A stretch of DNA of 54,471 nucleotides from assembly GCA_032718475.1 (NCBI GenBank), contig JAUCBJ010007307.1, positions 1 through 54,471 of the forward strand, in the 5' to 3' direction. Positions 49,381 through 54,471 of the stretch are shown here, in pieces. The stretch comes from Nemertoderma westbladi. Lineage: Eukaryota; Animalia; Xenacoelomorpha. The notes beneath the pieces were generated by a model. The model saw only the letters and a program-made list of their open reading frames with translations. It was not told the origin of the DNA and did not search any database. Positions within the stretch are counted from its first letter, which is position 1; every line of letters starts with the position of its first letter. A program made the translations under genes and the position numbers.

Positions 49381-51199
49381 ACGGAATCACTTTGCAACTA
49401 GATTATCTGCATATTATTTAGCAGTAGGCATATACATTTATTCTTCCTTTGATACGAAATTGGTACCAGTGCCATACATAAAATAAATAAAATAAATCCA
49501 TACATACTGCGCAGCGCAGCCAGTGCAGTGACATATTGGGCTACTATACATACAATGGGGAGAGTTAGGCCCTTCTGTGTAACAGCTATATGCTTACATA
49601 AGATTAGTATTCCCATTTTTATGATTATTCATATTTTATTGTAATATACGCACATTAGGATGGGAGCTAACAGCTAAAGGGGGCCTAGGCTATGTAGGTA
49701 TTTATTGTTTGATAAATCCATAAATACAAATTTATCTAAAGAATGTCATTAAATTTTTAGTCGTTAGTTAGTTCGTCTCAGGGTAGTGTGGTGGATGGAT
49801 GATAGTTTAACAATAAAAGGCCTGTATATGATATATTGTCTGTGATATTCATTAAGGTTGTCTATCACATGACATGTGTCAATCCGTATTCATACAAGTT
49901 TATAATTATCGTTAATAATTAATATTTGGCATTCTTGATCGAACTAAGTGCTCCCATATGTTACAATTCTAATTCTAGCATGAATTTATTTTGAGGGAAA
50001 TTGACACCCGCGAGTGATTTATTGCGTTAACTTACTAATAATGTAGCTAATAACTAGTTAGTTACTATAGTTACTAATAATGTAGCTAGCTGGTTTGCAA
50101 TTGGCAATAAACTTATGAACCCGTTGCAATGAGCCGACCTGCGGGGTACCAATCGTTCGGTGCTTGTAAAATTAAGAACAAAAGCAATTAGCATTGATGC
50201 ACTATGTAGGTTATATAGTGTTATTTCATAATTTCTACAGTACAATGATAATAATTACAATATTGCGTTTGAGTTTCAGAATCATATACTTTCTGTGCTC
50301 AACTGCTCACTGCTTTACCGGTACGTTATTAATTGAATATAATAATTGGTATAAACCATCTTATTTGTGATGCTATTGTTTCTATTTTTGTAACCTGCAT
50401 ACAGGTTATGTATATAGGCATGATCTAGGCCTACAGTACAGTAGTATTGGTGGTATTCGTCACACTTGGTAAACTTTTATGTATGTTTATTTAATTTTAG
50501 TGCTTCAATCTGATGATAAATACTAAAAACTCCTACGATGTCTGACATAGTAGTATCTTCAAAACTATTGAATAAACGTTTGCGAACATTCACCCAAAGA
50601 CAGAAGCATAAAGCTGTAACGAGGGAAGATTCAAAGAACGAAAAACTCACGAGTAAATCTTCTACTAACTGTGGATTTCAACCGCCAGATTTGGTCCGCC
50701 ATTACAGTCTACAAAGACCTCGACTTACTTACAGCTGCCCGAAATCCTTCTCCTATAACAATATCATTCTAGCGAGGGTAATGATTGGTCTTGTCTCACC
50801 CCACCAAATATTTCAACATAGAAGTGACTTTAACGCTTGACGTCTTTTAATAAATAGTATATTAGAATTGCACAATAGATAAATATGAAAAAGTTTAATG
50901 TGCCTTTCAATGGGCCTGAATTCTATCAAATATAACCAAAAGATCATCGAATCTCCTACTCAGCCATGCCCATGACTTTGTGAATGTTCTTGCTTTAAAC
51001 AATTATTTATTTTTTAAACAATATTTGAAAATTGTTTGCTACTTCTAGTTACCGAGATATAACAATACACCAAGCTCTGGAATATATTGTCTTTATTCAG
51101 GTACAATGACGATCACATCCCCAAATTTTTCTACAAATCTTCATGAGATTGCATGAAGTTTGAAACAGAGTTAGTTTCACCTCCCCCCCTCTTTACTGG

Positions 51200-51932
51200 G
51201 GCTTCTCTGCTCATTGGAGCAGGTTGCTTCTAGTGTTGGTCTTTTTGTAAATTCCTAGAAGACAACAATTATGGCATTAAACCTTTATAGCCCTCAAGAA
51301 ATGTCTGATCGTAAGGGCATAAGCTCTAGGGACGGCTTGCTTGAGCACGTGGATTTCTTCTGCGACTTGGGATCATGGATCCGAAACATGGCATGGCATG
51401 GCATGGCATGGCATGGCATGGCATGGCATGGCATGGCATGGCATGGCATGGCATGGCATGGCATGGCATGGCATGGCATGGCATGGCATGGCCATGGGCA
51501 GCGTTAAATAGTCTGTCCAGGATTTGGAAGTCCCATAGAATAAAACGGAATCTTATGGTCCGATTATTTACGGCAGTAGTAGTAGGCCTACAGTAGTAGT
51601 ACCAGTACTCTTATATGGGAGTCCATGCTATGCTTTAACTGCTGAGGATAACAAACATGGCCGCTTTGCAGGACATGCACGTGAGGACCAGCCAGTGCAT
51701 ACTCTTGAGCTCTGGCGGCCTCATGGAGTAAATAAGCATGGTGGACAGCCCATGACTTTCTTGAGACGCATCTTAAAGGACACTGGCCTTGAAGATGCGG
51801 ATGATCTAGCAAATGTCATGGGTGATAGGGAGTTGTAGCGGCGCAATTTTGTCGACAAGCCGGCACAGCATTCTTAATATATATGTAATATAACATAATG
51901 CAACTGCAATGCAGCTGGCCGATCGTAGTAGT
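51200..51932 (+). mobile_element. RTE 3' fragment (diverged relative of 29610-32884) in the opposite orientation
   Basis: [51 protein letters not shown] and the matching 3' UTR with (TAG)n. Confidence 0.88.
51387..51492 (+). repeat. (CATGG)n pentanucleotide microsatellite, about 21 copies, inside the RTE fragment
   Basis: Directly visible. Confidence 0.95.
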
Positions 51933-53892
51933 AACAACTGTAATTCTGGCAACTGTAGTTAATGGATCTTCTTTCTTCTTTGCACAACAATTTATGCACT
52001 AATAATACCATCGGTTGTGATGGTATTAGTTACTTTAATTAATGTGTTTCTTATTGGAACCGAAATTCAAGAATTCTACTTGGCCATCTGTCACTATTAT
52101 ATTGAACTACTTTGTTCTTACGATTGTGAGATTCACAATAAATCGGAGGGACATGATTGAATTCCATCGCTTCGACGAGAAAATAAGACTAATGTGACTG
52201 GCATTAGATACTATGTACATAGATAGCACTATGTTGTATAAGAGAGCTTTAGAGACAAAAAGGGGTTTAAAAGTATTAGTTTCTTTGTTACATGTACAGT
52301 AGATCAATGCTATGTAAAACGTTGGCCATTATGAGAGTTTTCATTAATCATGTTACATGAGTTACAATTTACATGACTGCGTGGGAAAGATTTCCAGATA
52401 ATTTCGGACCTTCGTCCTGGTCATGTGGACCTTCGACCCAATACCGAATGCAAGGTTATTGAGGTGAAGCAAATGAGCTATAATCGCATTATGCTCTACC
52501 TCAATATATAATCTTATGTGATATGTCGTTATTATGAAAGTTAAATACTATTGAGGAATAATTTACGTAATCTTCAATCATCTTCATCCTAAAGGGGGGA
52601 AATCTCCCCGAAAACTTGTAACATCTACATATAAAAGTGTTGTCGATAATTTAACACCACAACATCAGAAAACATATTCTGCTTCCACGAATATTAGCTG
52701 GAAGTACATAACTACTGGTACGCAGTGGCGCCGGAAGCAAGGGGGCAGCGGGGGCAGAGAGTGCTCTTGTGATTTAACATAGCCTAGAATATAATAGAAC
52801 CCCAAATTTAATGTGTAAAAATGTAAGAATTCACATTCCTGGTGTTATACTAAATTGAAGCAATTTGTAAACAATTGCCTTTCATCCCCATACCATATCC
52901 AATTTCTCACCGTATTCCTGTCAAGAAGGGTGAGATCAAGGGGAGGGGGGTGGAGATTATATCGATTTCAGGTATACTCAGTTCTGCTGCACTGAGGACT
53001 GAGCTGCATAATACTTACAGTACAGTATTATCACCGGAGTGCTCAATGTGTCGGTGTGGGAACCAGAAAGACCACGAACAAACTACCTGGACTGGGGCTC
53101 CATACTTGTGGGGAGAGCCACGAAGTGTGCGAAGACTTAGCCCCTTAGCGAACTGACACTGTTACTTGCTCAATAATGGCAAATATTTGTCATTGTCGTC
53201 GTCATCTGCGTTACCGCTTTGACATGCTAATAATAACTTTGACGGATTTAAAGCTTTCGAGTTGAAAAATTTGTAGGAATCAATAAGACCAAAAGTTTAT
53301 AGATTTTTTAGAGACTTTCAGACACCATCAGTACAACAGTCTACCGCTAGATGGCTACATATCTAAACATTAAATGTCCTCCCATTTCTTTGCTTTAAAT
53401 CGGTTCTACTGTAACTGAAATTTGGCAGATTTGTACAAGACCATTAGCTGTGTGGAGCATTCAAAGGTGGCAAATCCGTCTGCAGTTCTCTTGTCTGCCG
53501 CTCGATGGCAAAATGTATCAAAGTGAAATCCTTGACCCATTCCGTCATTTATGATCTGTTTAAGCTGAAAATTGTCAGATACAATATTTGCTAGAACAGA
53601 TCTTGTGTCTTTGTGGCGGGTCGGTAATAGGTCTGCAGTGTCCGGTTTACCGCTAGACGGCGAAATGAATGAAACTGATAACCTTCTCTCATTTTGTAAT
53701 TTGTTATCCGTTCAAGCCGAAACTTGGCAGAGATATACCTTAGAACTTATACCTTCTAGACCTTAGACCATATATTTGTTGGGACGGTAATCCTTCGGCA
53801 GCGCTCCTGTCTACTGCCAGTGGGCTGAAATTTTAACTATTAACTTACTTGTGTGTAAAGTAGCACTTTACAACGTGATGATCCGAGTATGG

Positions 53893-54000
53893 CTTTGTTA
53901 CACTAACGAACGTTAGTGAGTGAGAGAAAATAAAGCCACGAGGATCAGTTTGTTACACGAACGAACGTTAGTGAGTGAGCGAAAATAAAGCCAGGAGGAT
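53893..54000 (+). repeat. About 56-bp direct duplication (TTTGTTACACnAACGAACGTTAGTGAGTGAGnGAAAATAAAGCCA)
   Basis: Two copies at about 53893 and 53949. Confidence 0.8.
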
Positions 54001-54471
54001 TAGAACGAACACTGTAAAGTACTTTGCAACAAGTATGTATATAGTTTTATTCCAAAATTTTTACATTACAAAATGATTGTACATATACATTATAAGTGAT
54101 AGAAGCTGCACAAATTATATTATTTGCTGTATAAATAAATGTACAAATGACATAAATTATGTTATAAATAAGTTAGCTTATATTTATAGTGGCGTTTGGA
54201 TGAGCCATGTTATAATAATATAGCTAGGCCCTAATGGTTATTAATAGCTATACCCCGCCTACCGGTAGGTAATGCAGTAGGCCTATCTGGCTGTCATTTC
54301 CACCTATTGTTTACGTGGTATCCACTGACGGCGTTAAGTAATGTCCCCTTAGTGGACATTACTTATTCCGTCATGGGTTACCACGTAAACAATAACACCA
54401 AATATAATACTAAATTTACAGGCCAATACAATGCTGTAACGTCCTCTAAAGTTGTAAAGTGATAAATAACA

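Larger units (their letters stand above)
38217..49388. mobile_element. Mutator/foldback-like DNA transposon, non-autonomous, 11.2 kb, with repeat-built TIRs and nested insertions
   Basis: Left end GATTTATGGTCAACACTTCGAAATAGTCAACACTTCGAA; reverse complement of right end GATTCCGTGTCAACACATCGAAATGGTCAACACTTCGAA; perfect 9-bp direct repeat ACTTTGCAA at 38208-38216 and 49389-49397. Confidence 0.85.

Noticed and set aside
52722-52760. hAT-like terminus CAGTGGCGCCGGAAG
   Set aside because: No matching opposite end or TSD found in the window.

Overview
Eukaryotic (metazoan, probably aquatic invertebrate) genomic DNA that is almost entirely transposable elements and tandem arrays. No rRNA, CRISPR or prokaryotic genes are seen. 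From left to right: (1) two probable exons of a host gene on the minus strand (1180-471); (2) a near-intact APE-RT LINE (about 1753-5397) whose ORF1 and ORF2 are joined by a single in-frame TGA in a CARYYA readthrough context; (3) a decayed CRE-like RT+RLE non-LTR element (minus) cut at its QGDP motif by (4) a 12.3-kb BEL/Pao LTR element (8370-20708) with 1.24-kb LTRs, an open 1493-codon Gag-protease ORF, almost all of pol deleted, and an extra 3' triple zinc-knuckle ORF; (5) an 8.3-kb 32-bp satellite; (6) a decayed RTE LINE; (7) a 36-bp minisatellite; (8) an 11.2-kb Mutator/foldback-like element (38217-49388, perfect 9-bp TSD) whose right TIR repeat has expanded into a 3.9-kb 31-bp satellite and which carries nested CR1/L2, SINE, RTE, copia, P-like and Helentron-like pieces; (9) a further RTE 3' fragment and minor repeats. 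All calls come from reading motifs by eye; no database search was run.
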